Positions 18,283 through 27,749 of a stretch of DNA of 64,000 bases are shown here, piece by piece. How positions within the stretch are numbered: position 1 is the first letter of the stretch; each line of letters starts with the position of its first letter. Both the position numbers and the translations under genes were made by a program. Source of the stretch: Methanomicrobiales archaeon (GTDB lineage Archaea; Halobacteriota; Methanomicrobia; Methanomicrobiales; JACTUA01). The notes under the pieces are model-generated. The model was not told the origin of the DNA. It saw nothing but the letters and a program-made list of their open reading frames with translations, and searched no databases. The stretch spans positions 20,111 to 84,110 of the forward strand of contig JACTUA010000004.1 of NCBI GenBank assembly GCA_015660865.1, in the 5' to 3' direction.

Positions 18283-20352
18283 TCAGGTGCGCATGACCCT
18301 CGTCAGGGATGAAAGCGCATGCTCCAGTTCTTCCGGCCCGATGGTGAGGCTCTGCGTGCCACACCGGATACGGAGTCCTTCTCCCCCTGACTCCCCGATG
18401 ATCCGGTAAGGCAGACCCTTCAGCATGGACTCGTCCTTCACCGCGATGAGGAACCTCCCGGAGGACTCTGAGAAAAGCTCGGTGAGCCCATCTGGCCCGA
18501 GATCGACCGCCGCAGAGGGTGCCAGGGCCGCAAGAGCCGCAAGGAGACCTCCCTGGGAGAGGTCGGAGGCCGCATTGCACCTGCCACCTGCCACGAGGTC
18601 CCGCACCGCCGGGATGAGCTCCGGGTCACCGATGGCTGGCGGTTCGCCGCCGCACCCGCTCACCGCGTCAAGGACGGACCCCCCGAACTCGGGTTTCGAT
18701 TCACCGATGAGGGCGAGGGCCGAACCATCCGTCGCCCTCACCCATGGCCGCACCTCCCCCTTCCCCAGGAGCCCTATCGACGGGGTTGGGAGGATCTTTG
18801 TCCCGAACTCATCGCTCTCGTTGTAGAGGGAGACATTCCCGCCCACGACCGGGACCTGCATCCGCCTGGCCATGTCACCGAGCCCGAGGACGCACTGCTC
18901 GATCTGCCAGTAGATATCCGGGTGCACCGGGCTCGCAAAGTTCAGGCAGTTCACGATGCAGAGGGGGGTCGAGCCGAGCACGACCAGGTTCGCGGCATTC
19001 TCCAGGAGGGAGTTCGCCGTCCCCTCGTACGGGGCGAGGGCGATCTGCCGTGGGTTGCACCCGCAGGAGAGGACCAGGGCACCTTCCCCGAGGCGCAGGA
19101 CCGCCGCATCGCCGGCCAGGGACACGGATCTCAGCTGGACATCGTGGTCGTACTGTTCGGTCACCCAGTCCCTCCGTGCGACTTCGGGGTGGGAGAGCAC
19201 CTCGAGGGCGAGGTTCTTCAGGCTGCCGGCTGGCTTCCTGAAGGGTATCTTCACGGGCGCGGCCTTCTTCTCCCAGAAGCAGAGGGGTGCATCACCGGTG
19301 AGGAGCTGGATGGGGAGGTCTGCCACCACCTTCCCCTTGAACCGGACGATGTAGCGGGATTCGGGGATCACCTCGCCGATATCGGACCATCCTAGATCAT
19401 ACTTCTCGGCGATGGCCCCCATGGCCGCCACATCCTGGGGGTCCACCTCGATGAGCATCCGCTCCTGGGACTCGGAGAGCATGATCTCGGGCGGGGCCAT
19501 CCCCGGCTCCCGGAGGTGGACCCGGTCCGCATGGATGATGGCCCCGAAGGTGCTGCTCATCTCGCTCGATGCGCCGGCGAGGCCTGCGGCCCCGAGATCC
19601 TTGCAGGAGAGGACCTTCCCCGTTGCCGCCATCTCGAGGAGGGCATCGATGATGAGCTTCTCGGTGTAGGGATCCCCGATCTGGACGGAGGGGCGGTCCG
19701 CGGCCTCGGAGTCCTCCGAGAGATCCCGGGAGGCGAAGGAGGCCCCCCCGAGCCCGTCCCGGCCCGTAGACGATCCCACGAGGACCAGGTGGGATCCGGG
19801 CTTCTTGGCCGGAGCGGTAAGGTACCGGTCTGGGTGGACGATCCCGACACAGACGACATTCACGAGCGGGTTACCCTGGTAGGAGGGATCTACTATCACC
19901 TCGCCCCGGACCACGGGAACACCGATGCAGTTCCCGTAGTCCCCGATGCCGGCGACCACGTGCTCGAAGAGGTAGCGGTTCTTCTCGTTCCCGAAAGTCC
20001 CGAAGTAGAGGGGGTCCATGAGTGCGATGGGCCGCCCTCCCATGGACACAACGTCCCGTACGATCCCGCCCACTCCTGTCGCTGCCCCGTGGTAGGGATC
20101 CACGTAGCTCGGGTGGTTGTGGCTCTCCATCCCCACGACGATGGCAATGTCATCCGAGTACCTCACGACCGCGGCGTCGTCCCCGGGCCCGAGGATGACA
20201 TCCTTCCCTTCGGTAGGGAGGGTGCGAAGGAGGGTCTTTGTCGACCGGTAACTGCAGTGCTCGCTCCAGAGGTTCTCGAAGCATGCGACCTCAACATCGG
20301 TGAGATCACGCCCCAGTTCACGCCGGAGATGGGCGAGGTCCTCCTCCTTCAT
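18283..20352 (-). CDS. purL: Phosphoribosylformylglycinamidine synthase subunit PurL
   Basis: Track ORF 18283..20475(-). The PurL-like sequence starts at the ATG at 20352 ([35 protein letters not shown]...). Confidence 0.95.
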   Translation of the reverse strand: MKEEDLAHLRRELGRDLTDVEVACFENLWSEHCSYRSTKTLLRTLPTEGKDVILGPGDDAAVVRYSDDIAIVVGMESHNHPSYVDPYHGAATGVGGIVRDVVSMGGRPIALMDPLYFGTFGNEKNRYLFEHVVAGIGDYGNCIGVPVVRGEVIVDPSYQGNPLVNVVCVGIVHPDRYLTAPAKKPGSHLVLVGSSTGRDGLGGASFASRDLSEDSEAADRPSVQIGDPYTEKLIIDALLEMAATGKVLSCKDLGAAGLAGASSEMSSTFGAIIHADRVHLREPGMAPPEIMLSESQERMLIEVDPQDVAAMGAIAEKYDLGWSDIGEVIPESRYIVRFKGKVVADLPIQLLTGDAPLCFWEKKAAPVKIPFRKPAGSLKNLALEVLSHPEVARRDWVTEQYDHDVQLRSVSLAGDAAVLRLGEGALVLSCGCNPRQIALAPYEGTANSLLENAANLVVLGSTPLCIVNCLNFASPVHPDIYWQIEQCVLGLGDMARRMQVPVVGGNVSLYNESDEFGTKILPTPSIGLLGKGEVRPWVRATDGSALALIGESKPEFGGSVLDAVSGCGGEPPAIGDPELIPAVRDLVAGGRCNAASDLSQGGLLAALAALAPSAAVDLGPDGLTELFSESSGRFLIAVKDESMLKGLPYRIIGESGGEGLRIRCGTQSLTIGPEELEHALSSLTRVMRT

Positions 20353-20462
20353 GCATGGAAGGGTACGTAGGGGGGTGAGATAAGCATGACTCTCCGGATC
20401 GCGGGGGCCGGTTTCAAGGGGCCACGGCAACCTTGAACACTGAAGCCGACCAACGGATATCC

Positions 20463-21074
20463 ATGCCCCAGTCATACGAGGACCTCCTGAAGAAGGCCTA
20501 CTCCCAGATCACCGAGGTGAGCAGCTCCCACGAGCGCTTCTCGGTCCCCCCGGGCAAGGTCTTCATCGAGGGGAAGACGACCGTGCTCGAGAACTTCGCC
20601 GAGATCGCCGACAAACTGAACCGGAGCCCCGAGGACCTCCTGAAGTTCCTCGTCGGCGAGCTCGGCACGGCAGGGAAGATCGAGGGGAACCGGGCGGTCT
20701 TCAACGGGAAGTTCGAGCCCGGCTCGGTGAATTCCCTCCTCAAGAGCTATGTCGAGGACTATGTCATCTGCTCCGAGTGCGGGAGGCCCGACACCCGCCT
20801 CGTCAAGGACGGGAGGATCCCCATCCTCAGGTGCGATGCCTGTGGCGGCCACCGGCCGGTGAAGAAGCGGAAAGTACGTCTCGAGCCCCAGGAGGAGAAG
20901 CTCACCGAGGGTGCGATCATGGACCTCGCCATCCTCTCCATCTCCAAGCGCGGGGACGGCGTCGCCCGGGTCGGGAAGCATACCATCTACGTTGCCGGTG
21001 CAAAACCCGGTGAGACGGTGAAGGTGAAGATCACGAAGATCGCGGGATCGGTCGCCTTCACCGAGCGTGCGTGA
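20463..21074 (+). CDS. eif2b: Translation initiation factor aIF2 subunit beta with C-terminal TRAM-like domain
   Basis: The first ATG is at 20463; the track start at 20433 is TTG. It has an aIF2-beta core with the zinc ribbon CSECGRPDT...CDACG, then a ~55-aa TRAM-like tail ([33 protein letters not shown]). Confidence 0.85.
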   Translation: MPQSYEDLLKKAYSQITEVSSSHERFSVPPGKVFIEGKTTVLENFAEIADKLNRSPEDLLKFLVGELGTAGKIEGNRAVFNGKFEPGSVNSLLKSYVEDYVICSECGRPDTRLVKDGRIPILRCDACGGHRPVKKRKVRLEPQEEKLTEGAIMDLAILSISKRGDGVARVGKHTIYVAGAKPGETVKVKITKIAGSVAFTERA

Positions 21075-21153
21075 TTCCGGAGAGGTCTTCCAGGATCAAG
21101 ATCAAAACAGAGAATATATTTTTTAAAGATCTTTTTCCAGCGAGAGGGATCTC

Positions 21154-21420
21154 TTACGCCTTCTCGATCCCTTCAAGGATCTCGTCACAGTAACCTGAGA
21201 TCCTCTTGCACGCGTCCCTGATGACCTTGATCGGGTCCTTCTTTTTCGTGGTGATGAAGAACTCGGGGTCAGAGTGCTGGAACTCCATGGTATAGCGGGC
21301 GACGTCAACCGCAGGGTCCTTGAGGACCTCGTCGGTGAGGAGGTTCATGAAGGTATGCCCTTCGCCCGGAAAGACGATCCTCGCCCGGTCCTTGGATAAC
21401 TCGAGTATCTTGATCTCCAT
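21154..21420 (-). CDS. rpoL: DNA-directed RNA polymerase subunit L (Rpo11)
   Basis: 88 aa with a RpoL-like sequence (EGHTFMNLL...). Confidence 0.85.
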   Translation of the reverse strand: MEIKILELSKDRARIVFPGEGHTFMNLLTDEVLKDPAVDVARYTMEFQHSDPEFFITTKKKDPIKVIRDACKRISGYCDEILEGIEKA

Positions 21421-21486
21421 CTCACCTATTCCTTGGGGAGAAGGAGATAAAAGAGGTTTGGGTGGGACCAGCTCCTGCCTCCGGCG

Positions 21487-22209
21487 TCAGGGGAACCGGA
21501 TGCTCTCCCCGTCTTGGGCAAGGCAGGGAAGGATCCAGGGGATAAGATGCGAGAGGTGAACGAACCGGAACCCGCGGGGCCCTGCCTCCCGGGCCATTCC
21601 CGAAGCCTCCTCGTAGTTCATGTGCTTGGTGAGCCGGATCTCGGGAGGGACGATCGCATCGAGCACGAGGAGGTCGACCCCCGAGAGGAGCTCCTTCGAC
21701 CGTTCAGGGATGTCAGCCCGGGTGTCACCCGTGTACGCGATGGACCCCTCCGGGGAATCGATCCTGAGCCCGAAGCTGGGAACGGGAGGGTGGTTCACGG
21801 GGAAGAGGGTGACCGAGAGCCCGAGGAGGCTGCATGGGGTGTAAGGCTGTATCCTGTGCTTTTGAAAAGAGAGGAAACCGAAGAGGGGGGCGCAGTACGA
21901 GAGAGTCTCGTCTGCGGCATAGACGGGGGGTGGCTCCTGGATCCGGTAAAATTCCCCGAAGCCCGAGTAATGATCATAGTGTCCATGGGTCCAGATGACG
22001 GCATCGATATGGGGCGAACCCGCGCAGAGGAGCTGCTGGCGGAGGTCGGGAGAGGTGTCGATCAGGAGGTGTTCCCCCTCTGTTTCGATGAGAAGGGATG
22101 TGCGAAGGCGCTGGATCCCGTGTTCTTGTGCGAAGGTGCAATTCTCGCAGGTACACCCGATCTTGGGGGTCCCCACCGCGTCCCCTGTGCCGAGGAAGTG
22201 GAGGTTCAT
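21487..22209 (-). CDS. MBL-fold metallo-hydrolase
   Basis: Carries the HGHYDH motif. I chose the ATG at 22209 (MNLHFLGTGDA...), which lies 1 nt after the stop of the upstream AAA gene. The track start at 22227 would overlap that gene. Confidence 0.75.
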   Translation of the reverse strand: MNLHFLGTGDAVGTPKIGCTCENCTFAQEHGIQRLRTSLLIETEGEHLLIDTSPDLRQQLLCAGSPHIDAVIWTHGHYDHYSGFGEFYRIQEPPPVYAADETLSYCAPLFGFLSFQKHRIQPYTPCSLLGLSVTLFPVNHPPVPSFGLRIDSPEGSIAYTGDTRADIPERSKELLSGVDLLVLDAIVPPEIRLTKHMNYEEASGMAREAGPRGFRFVHLSHLIPWILPCLAQDGESIRFP

Positions 22210-22210
22210 G

Positions 22211-23491
22211 TTAACCGGGCGGGACACCCCTGATCAGGTTCCGGTTCATGACGAGGGAATACCCGCGCTCGATGTCCTCCCCCTCGATCCGTTCCTTCTC
22301 CCGGATGAGGGAGGAGAGGAGGGCTTCCTTGACGAGGACCCTGAGATCCGCTCCCGAGAAGCCTTCGGTCCTGAGAGCGAGCTCCGCGACATTCCCGTCC
22401 CAGGGAAGGGGGCCGGTGACCTTCGATAGGATCGCCCTCCTCATCTCCCCGTCCGGGAGGAAGAACTCGACCACCTCGTCGAACCTGCGCCAGGCCGCCT
22501 CGTCGAGCAGCTGGGGGTGGTTTGTCGCGGCGATGAGGAGCACACCATCGCGTACGAGGCTCACGCGGTCGATGTTCTTGAGGAGCATGTTCACCGCCCT
22601 CTTCATCGCCCCGTGATCATCGGTGATCCGGCTCTTTGCAACGAAGTCGAATTCGTCGATGAAAAGGATGGCGGGTGCAATCTTCTTCGCGAACTCGAAG
22701 ATCCGGTCGATGTTCTTGGAGGTCTCCCCCAGGTACTGGGAGGTGACCATCGAGAGGCGGACCTCCAGGATGGGCATGTGGAGCTCTCGGGAGAGGGCGA
22801 GGGCGAGGGTCGTCTTTCCGGTTCCCGGGGGGCCCACAAAGAGAAGCTTCCCGAGCTCGTAGATCCTGTGGGAGCGGAGGAGATCGCGGTGGAGGATGGC
22901 CGTTCTCACTTTTGCCGGGATACCTGCCTGCTGGCCGGTGCAGATCAGGTCGGAGAGGCTTGGCTCCACCTCGTCGGGTGCTGAGATGATGAGGAGGTCG
23001 AGGGCTGTCTTCAGGGCCTCGTCACCTTTGACGAGGGCCGCGATCTTCGCGTCAAGGTGGGCCCGGGTATCCTCGATTCGCGGGTTTGCTGCCCTCACCT
23101 CCCTGTAGGAGATACCGACCGAATCGAACCCCTCGAAGAAGCTCGCGAGGGCCGGGTTCTGTGTGATGAGGGGCCTCCCCCCTTTCTTCAGGAACCAGCC
23201 GGCCGCCGCATCCAGGGCCGAGATGCGCATCCGGTGGCCGAAGGAGTCCAGCTCGATGAACGGGTTTCCCTTCACCTTCTCGGAAGCATCCCCGATACCC
23301 GTGGCCTGGGCGACGGTCCCGTCCGAGACTATCACGGGCCGCTTCACCTGGCCATCCGGCCCCATGCCGAAGGCCTCCCTGCAGCGGGGGGTCAGGTCAT
23401 TCTCATCCAGGTCCCGGTTCCGGTTGAATATCTCAGCGGTGAGGAGGATCTCCATCACCTGCACTACCTCGCTCGTCCCTTCTGCGGCCAT
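22211..23491 (-). CDS. AAA+ family ATPase (single AAA module, uncharacterised N-domain)
   Basis: 426 aa with Walker A GPPGTGKT, Walker B ILFIDEFD and a second region of homology. Confidence 0.8.
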   Translation of the reverse strand: MAAEGTSEVVQVMEILLTAEIFNRNRDLDENDLTPRCREAFGMGPDGQVKRPVIVSDGTVAQATGIGDASEKVKGNPFIELDSFGHRMRISALDAAAGWFLKKGGRPLITQNPALASFFEGFDSVGISYREVRAANPRIEDTRAHLDAKIAALVKGDEALKTALDLLIISAPDEVEPSLSDLICTGQQAGIPAKVRTAILHRDLLRSHRIYELGKLLFVGPPGTGKTTLALALSRELHMPILEVRLSMVTSQYLGETSKNIDRIFEFAKKIAPAILFIDEFDFVAKSRITDDHGAMKRAVNMLLKNIDRVSLVRDGVLLIAATNHPQLLDEAAWRRFDEVVEFFLPDGEMRRAILSKVTGPLPWDGNVAELALRTEGFSGADLRVLVKEALLSSLIREKERIEGEDIERGYSLVMNRNLIRGVPPG

Positions 23492-23535
23492 GGGTATAAC
23501 TTAGAGAATTTCCCCGGGAACCCAATAAGGGTATC

Positions 23536-24411
23536 TCACCGGGTGGTGACGATACAGCCATCGCCAGTGACAATGACGGTGTGCTCGGCCTGGGAGACGA
23601 GGGATCCCGGCACGTCGCGGAGGACGGGGTAGGCATGGAGGTGGCCGGATCGGACGAGCGCTGAGAGGGTTATCTCGATTTTCTCCCCAGAGAGCCACCT
23701 GCGCGCAAAGGGGAGGCCGCGCCGGTCCCGCACCTGGTCAAGGATGCGCTTTGCCGCAGGCAGGCGTGCCGGCCGGTCCAGGACCTGCTGGAAGATCTGC
23801 ACCCTCGGGCTGTCCGAGACGAACCCCGTGCCCGTGGTCGCAAAAGGCTCGATGGCAAAGACCATCCCCTCTTTGAGGACCGCCCCCCCGGCAAGATGCA
23901 CGTTCGGTACAGTCGGCGGGGTATGGATCTCGTACTGGCCCAGGCCATGCCCGGTCAGGTTCGCCACAGGGCGGAACCCGAGGGCCTCGATCTCTCCCTG
24001 GATTGCCCCCCCAAGATCGCCCGTCGAGATCCCCGGCCTGACAAGGGAGATGGCCTTCTCGAGGGCGGCCTGTGACGCCCGGACTAAGGGTCCGTTCTCA
24101 CCCAGGTCCACCGTCCCGGCAGTGTCGGCGATATACCCGTCCAGGTGGACCCCTAAATCCATCTTCACCACATCGCCGGCCGCGAAGGTCCGGTCATCCC
24201 CTGCGGATGCGGTGTCATGGGCGGCGGCTTCGTTGAGAGAGAGGTTCAGGGGGAAGGCCAGCCCGGCCCCCTCCTTCCTGACGAGGGTTTCCACCTCCTC
24301 CACCACCCCGGGGAAAGAAGCCCCCACCCTCACCAGGGGGAGGGAGCGGGAGAGGACCCGGGAGGCGATCTTTCCGGCTTCCAGGTATGCGTCGAGGACC
24401 CCGTCCTTCAT
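23536..24411 (-). CDS. map: Type II methionine aminopeptidase
   Basis: 291 aa M24A-like protein (AAHDT, DLGVHLDGYIAD, GHGLGQYEIH). Confidence 0.9.
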   Translation of the reverse strand: MKDGVLDAYLEAGKIASRVLSRSLPLVRVGASFPGVVEEVETLVRKEGAGLAFPLNLSLNEAAAHDTASAGDDRTFAAGDVVKMDLGVHLDGYIADTAGTVDLGENGPLVRASQAALEKAISLVRPGISTGDLGGAIQGEIEALGFRPVANLTGHGLGQYEIHTPPTVPNVHLAGGAVLKEGMVFAIEPFATTGTGFVSDSPRVQIFQQVLDRPARLPAAKRILDQVRDRRGLPFARRWLSGEKIEITLSALVRSGHLHAYPVLRDVPGSLVSQAEHTVIVTGDGCIVTTR

Positions 24412-25535
24412 ACCCGGAACTCCCTCGGCATCCTGGTCAGGTCACGGAACCCCTTCTTCGTGACCACCCCCATATCCTCGAGCCGGATACCGCCCTTGCC
24501 CGGGTAATACAGGCCGGGCTCCAGGGTGATCACGTTCCCTGCCGCGAGTTCCCCTCCCCCGGGTCCCAGGACGGGGAGCTCATGGACATCGAGCCCGACC
24601 CCGTGCCCGAGGTTGTGGATGAAGCCCCTCGTGTTGCTCTCGAATCCCCGTTCCTTGAAGTAGTCCACCACCTTCCCGTGGACCTCTGCCCCCGTTGTGC
24701 CTGGGCGGACCAGGGTTGCGGCGAGGGACTGCGCCCCGCGGACGGCCTCGAACATCTCATTGAGTTCGGCCGCCGGCTCGCCCTTCACGACGGTCCGTGA
24801 CATATCGGCGGTGTACCCGGTCTCCTCATCCTGAGGGAAGATATCGAGGATGATGGATGCGCCCTCGCGGAGCGGCCCTGATCCCCTCATATGGGGGATG
24901 GCCGAGTCCTCGCCGCACGAGATGATGGTGTCCACGGCCCTGCACCCCCGCGAGAGAAGGGCGATGGCCACCTCCTTCTGGAGGATCTCGGAGGTGAGGG
25001 GAATCCTGCCTCTGTAGAGGATCCCCTTCCTCGCCCGCGAGGACCGGATCGACGAGACGGCCCCTCCCATGGCCGCCTCGGTGGCCTCCTGGACCCGGGC
25101 GATGGCGGTTACCTCCTCATCAGTCTTTACCGCCCTCGCCTTCAGGACGGTGTCCTCATCCACGATGACCCGCACGAAGGCCTCGAGCTCCCGGGCAAGC
25201 GCCGCGGGGAACTGGGGGGGCACCAGAATATCACCGCCCACGAGCCCGGCGATCATCCGGGCATACGCCCTCCACCTGTTCTTCTCCTCCTTCACGATCT
25301 CGGTGAGACCGGCCTGGGCCCTTGTCATGGGGGCAGCCGTGGATTCCCGGGACGCCCTCTCGTACTCCATCTGGGAGACGATGATCGTCCCCTTCTCCCC
25401 GATCTTCTGCAGGAATACGACGGGGTCCGTGGTCCTGAACCGGGTGAGGTACCTCATATCCGCGTCCAGGGAGGATCCGTATGCAACGTATGCCTTCGCC
25501 CCACCCGAGGCGATGGCGTCATCCAGCCTCTCCAT
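24408..25535 (-). CDS. M24B family Xaa-Pro aminopeptidase/dipeptidase
   Basis: Carries HGVGLDVHE and LEPGLY...GGIRLED motifs. I chose the ATG at 25535 (MERLDDAI...); the track start at 25562 is TTG. Confidence 0.85.
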   Translation of the reverse strand: MERLDDAIASGGAKAYVAYGSSLDADMRYLTRFRTTDPVVFLQKIGEKGTIIVSQMEYERASRESTAAPMTRAQAGLTEIVKEEKNRWRAYARMIAGLVGGDILVPPQFPAALARELEAFVRVIVDEDTVLKARAVKTDEEVTAIARVQEATEAAMGGAVSSIRSSRARKGILYRGRIPLTSEILQKEVAIALLSRGCRAVDTIISCGEDSAIPHMRGSGPLREGASIILDIFPQDEETGYTADMSRTVVKGEPAAELNEMFEAVRGAQSLAATLVRPGTTGAEVHGKVVDYFKERGFESNTRGFIHNLGHGVGLDVHELPVLGPGGGELAAGNVITLEPGLYYPGKGGIRLEDMGVVTKKGFRDLTRMPREFRV

Positions 25536-25594
25536 GGAGGAGCTTTCGCGGTAAACCCACAAGTACTTTTATCATTGGGCGCCATGTACGAGGG

Positions 25595-25843
25595 ATGGAT
25601 GAGCATTCCAGGGAGAGATTCAAGATCCGGTTCATCAAGCTCACCCTGCTCCTCAACGCCATCGTGCTCCTGGTAGCCATCGGGGCCTTCGTCCTCATCC
25701 GGTACCATTCCCCCCCCGGCATTGCCGTCGGGCTGAGCCTCCTTGCCGTGGCGGTGATCACCTACATATACTTCTCGCGTTTCTACCAGGAGACCCGGGA
25801 CTGGCTCGAGGTGAACGCAGGCGCCGGAGAGGAGAAGCATTGA
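25595..25843 (+). CDS. Small membrane protein (two predicted TM helices)
   Basis: Internal ATG of track ORF 25481..25843, which avoids overlap with the divergent peptidase gene. There are two hydrophobic stretches: LTLLLNAIVLLVAIGAFVLI and GIAVGLSLLAVAVITYIYF. Confidence 0.5.
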   Translation: MDEHSRERFKIRFIKLTLLLNAIVLLVAIGAFVLIRYHSPPGIAVGLSLLAVAVITYIYFSRFYQETRDWLEVNAGAGEEKH

Positions 25844-25873
25844 AGTATCGGGAGCAAGCACCATACTTCAGAG

Positions 25874-26167
25874 ATGCTCGAGAAGCTCAAGGGAGATATC
25901 CAGCTCCTCGACCGCCACATCGGGGTCATGAAGGCGGTGATGGAGCACGAGCCCATCGGTATCGTGAAGCTCTCCCTCCTCATGGATCTCCCCTACCACC
26001 GTATCCGCTACTCCCTCCGCGTTCTCGAGCAGATGGGGTACATCCAGGCAAGCCCGGCGGGAGCCGTCGCCACCACCCTGGCGAGGAGGCTTCTTTCGAA
26101 TATCGACCGTGATGTCGACGAGCTGGTCTCCCTCCTTGGGACCCTGAAGGAGAAGAAGACCCCATAA
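25874..26167 (+). CDS. Winged-helix (MarR/ArsR-like) small archaeal regulator
   Basis: 97 aa. The segment IGIVKLSLLMDLPYHRIRYSLRVLEQMGYI looks like a wHTH recognition unit. Confidence 0.55.
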   Translation: MLEKLKGDIQLLDRHIGVMKAVMEHEPIGIVKLSLLMDLPYHRIRYSLRVLEQMGYIQASPAGAVATTLARRLLSNIDRDVDELVSLLGTLKEKKTP

Positions 26168-26214
26168 CGTTTAATAGGCCCCGGGAAGGATGTAATAAAG
26201 CATATCAATCCTGT

Positions 26215-26287
26215 GCCGCCATAACTCAGTTGGTAGAGTGGCTGGCTGTTAACCAGCATGTCACAGGTTCGAGTCCTGTTGGCGGCG
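26215..26287 (+). tRNA. tRNA-Asn (anticodon GTT)
   Basis: A cloverleaf folds by hand: acceptor GCCGCCA/TGGCGGC, anticodon loop CTGTTAA, T-loop TTCGAGT. Confidence 0.9.
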
Positions 26288-26300
26288 CTCTCCTCTTTCC

Positions 26301-26375
26301 GGGCCCGTAGCTTAGTCTGGTAAGAGCGCCCGGCTCATAACCGGGCGGTCGTGCGTTCGAATCGCATCGGGCCCA
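26301..26375 (+). tRNA. tRNA with CAT anticodon (elongator Met or agmatidine-modified Ile2)
   Basis: Acceptor GGGCCCG/CGGGCCC, anticodon loop CTCATAA, T-loop TTCGAAT. Met versus Ile2 identity cannot be decided by eye. Confidence 0.85.
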
Positions 26376-26377
26376 TC

Positions 26378-27409
26378 ATGCAGTGCCCGGTCTGTGGTCA
26401 GGACTGCGTAACTACGGCCCACGATATCCTCGGGAGCCTGGAGACCGTCTTTGCACCCTGCGGGGAGTGCGGGGGAAGGACCCTGGACAAGACGCAGCCT
26501 CCTCCAGACCTCACTATCACCCCCCCCTGCCCCTGCGGCAAGCGGTTCATCGACGATGTCTTCGTCCACCTCTACAGCATCCTTGTGGAGGAAAAGATCC
26601 TCTCAAAGGAGGATCCCCTGAAGAAGGTCGGCATGCCTCTTGTCCACCCCGGCTTCGCCATGGACGGGGCCCCATATCTCCCGAAGAACTCCCTCCTCCT
26701 CCTCTCCCAGCTGGTAGATGAACCCGTCGCAAAAAAGCTGTATAAGGAGGTTCCCGAGGTCCGGGGGGTAGTGAAGTGCGGGAGGTTCGTCCCGGGAGCC
26801 GTCGACGTTGACCTCTCGATTCCTCCCCGGGTCTACGAGCTCCTGGCAGGCTGCGATGTCCGTGCCGACGTCTTCTACACCCAGCACAGCCCCGTTGTGG
26901 CATACAAACAGCAGTCCCTGATCCATATCGAGTTCCCCCGGGGGTATGACCCGAAGATCATCTCCGTCGGGGTACACCTGCGCCACGCCCTCCCGAGCGT
27001 CTTCGTGGACGCCTCGTGCGGGGTTGGTACCCTCGGGATCATCGCCGCCGCATATGGCGTACCCCATATTATCATGAACGATGCCTGGTACGCGGCTGCA
27101 TTCTGGGCTGCCTTCAACCTCAAGGTGAACAGCGACTCCCTGCTCGGGGGTGAGATCCACATCCTCGAGGACTACGCATCCATGGCCTCCCACCCGGTGG
27201 TCCGTGAGCCTCGGAGGATTGCATACACCGAAGGGAAGCAGCTCGTCGAGGTCTACCAGGGGGACTTCCGGAACCTCCCTCCCCTCATCCCCGAGCGGGA
27301 CCGGATCCTCACCATCATCGATCTCTTCGAGAAAGGGGATGAGGCCCTCAACCGTCGGATCATGGAGGACTGGCGCAGCCGGGTGGGCGGTGAGGTATTT
27401 ATCCCATAG
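26378..27409 (+). CDS. Zn-ribbon protein with putative SAM-dependent methyltransferase-like C-domain (conserved hypothetical)
   Basis: The ATG at 26378 lies 3 nt after the tRNA; the track start at 26351 is inside the tRNA. The N-terminus has CPVCG...CGECGG...CPCG, and a motif-I-like VDASCGVGTLG follows. Confidence 0.55.
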   Translation: MQCPVCGQDCVTTAHDILGSLETVFAPCGECGGRTLDKTQPPPDLTITPPCPCGKRFIDDVFVHLYSILVEEKILSKEDPLKKVGMPLVHPGFAMDGAPYLPKNSLLLLSQLVDEPVAKKLYKEVPEVRGVVKCGRFVPGAVDVDLSIPPRVYELLAGCDVRADVFYTQHSPVVAYKQQSLIHIEFPRGYDPKIISVGVHLRHALPSVFVDASCGVGTLGIIAAAYGVPHIIMNDAWYAAAFWAAFNLKVNSDSLLGGEIHILEDYASMASHPVVREPRRIAYTEGKQLVEVYQGDFRNLPPLIPERDRILTIIDLFEKGDEALNRRIMEDWRSRVGGEVFIP

Positions 27410-27426
27410 AAGGGCTAAGGATCTGC

Positions 27427-27735
27427 GGGGACTAGCCCGGGTGGTTCGACGTCACCTGTCACCCGAAACCGCCGGCACGCGGGGGGCGAAGTCCGAGGGA
27501 GACTCCGGCGACCTGCCCACGTTTTGTGCAACCTGACAAAGAAGCCTCGTCCTGTGAGGTCAATGGACAGGGATCGAAGCCCCGGAGGGGGCGGGGACCT
27601 GCAGCCGCGGGGACCGGTTCAGACCCGGAAGGGAGCAGACTTACCGCGGACATCTGGCGCCCACGGGGGAGCGGGGTGGAGGAGGGCTGCACAGGCAGGA
27701 GCAGGGTACGTGGTGGCCACCGAGGACGTGTCCCC
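27427..27735 (+). ncRNA. ffs: Signal recognition particle RNA (archaeal 7S RNA)
   Basis: The 5' segment GGGGACTAGCCCGGGTGGTTCGACGTCACCTGTCACCCGAAACCGCC resembles the archaeal SRP RNA 5' domain. It also contains the conserved helix-8 motif CCCGGAAGGGAGCA. The 5' GGGGAC pairs with the 3' GTCCCC. Overlapping track ORFs are compositionally non-coding. Confidence 0.85.
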
Positions 27736-27749
27736 ATCTTACGATTATC

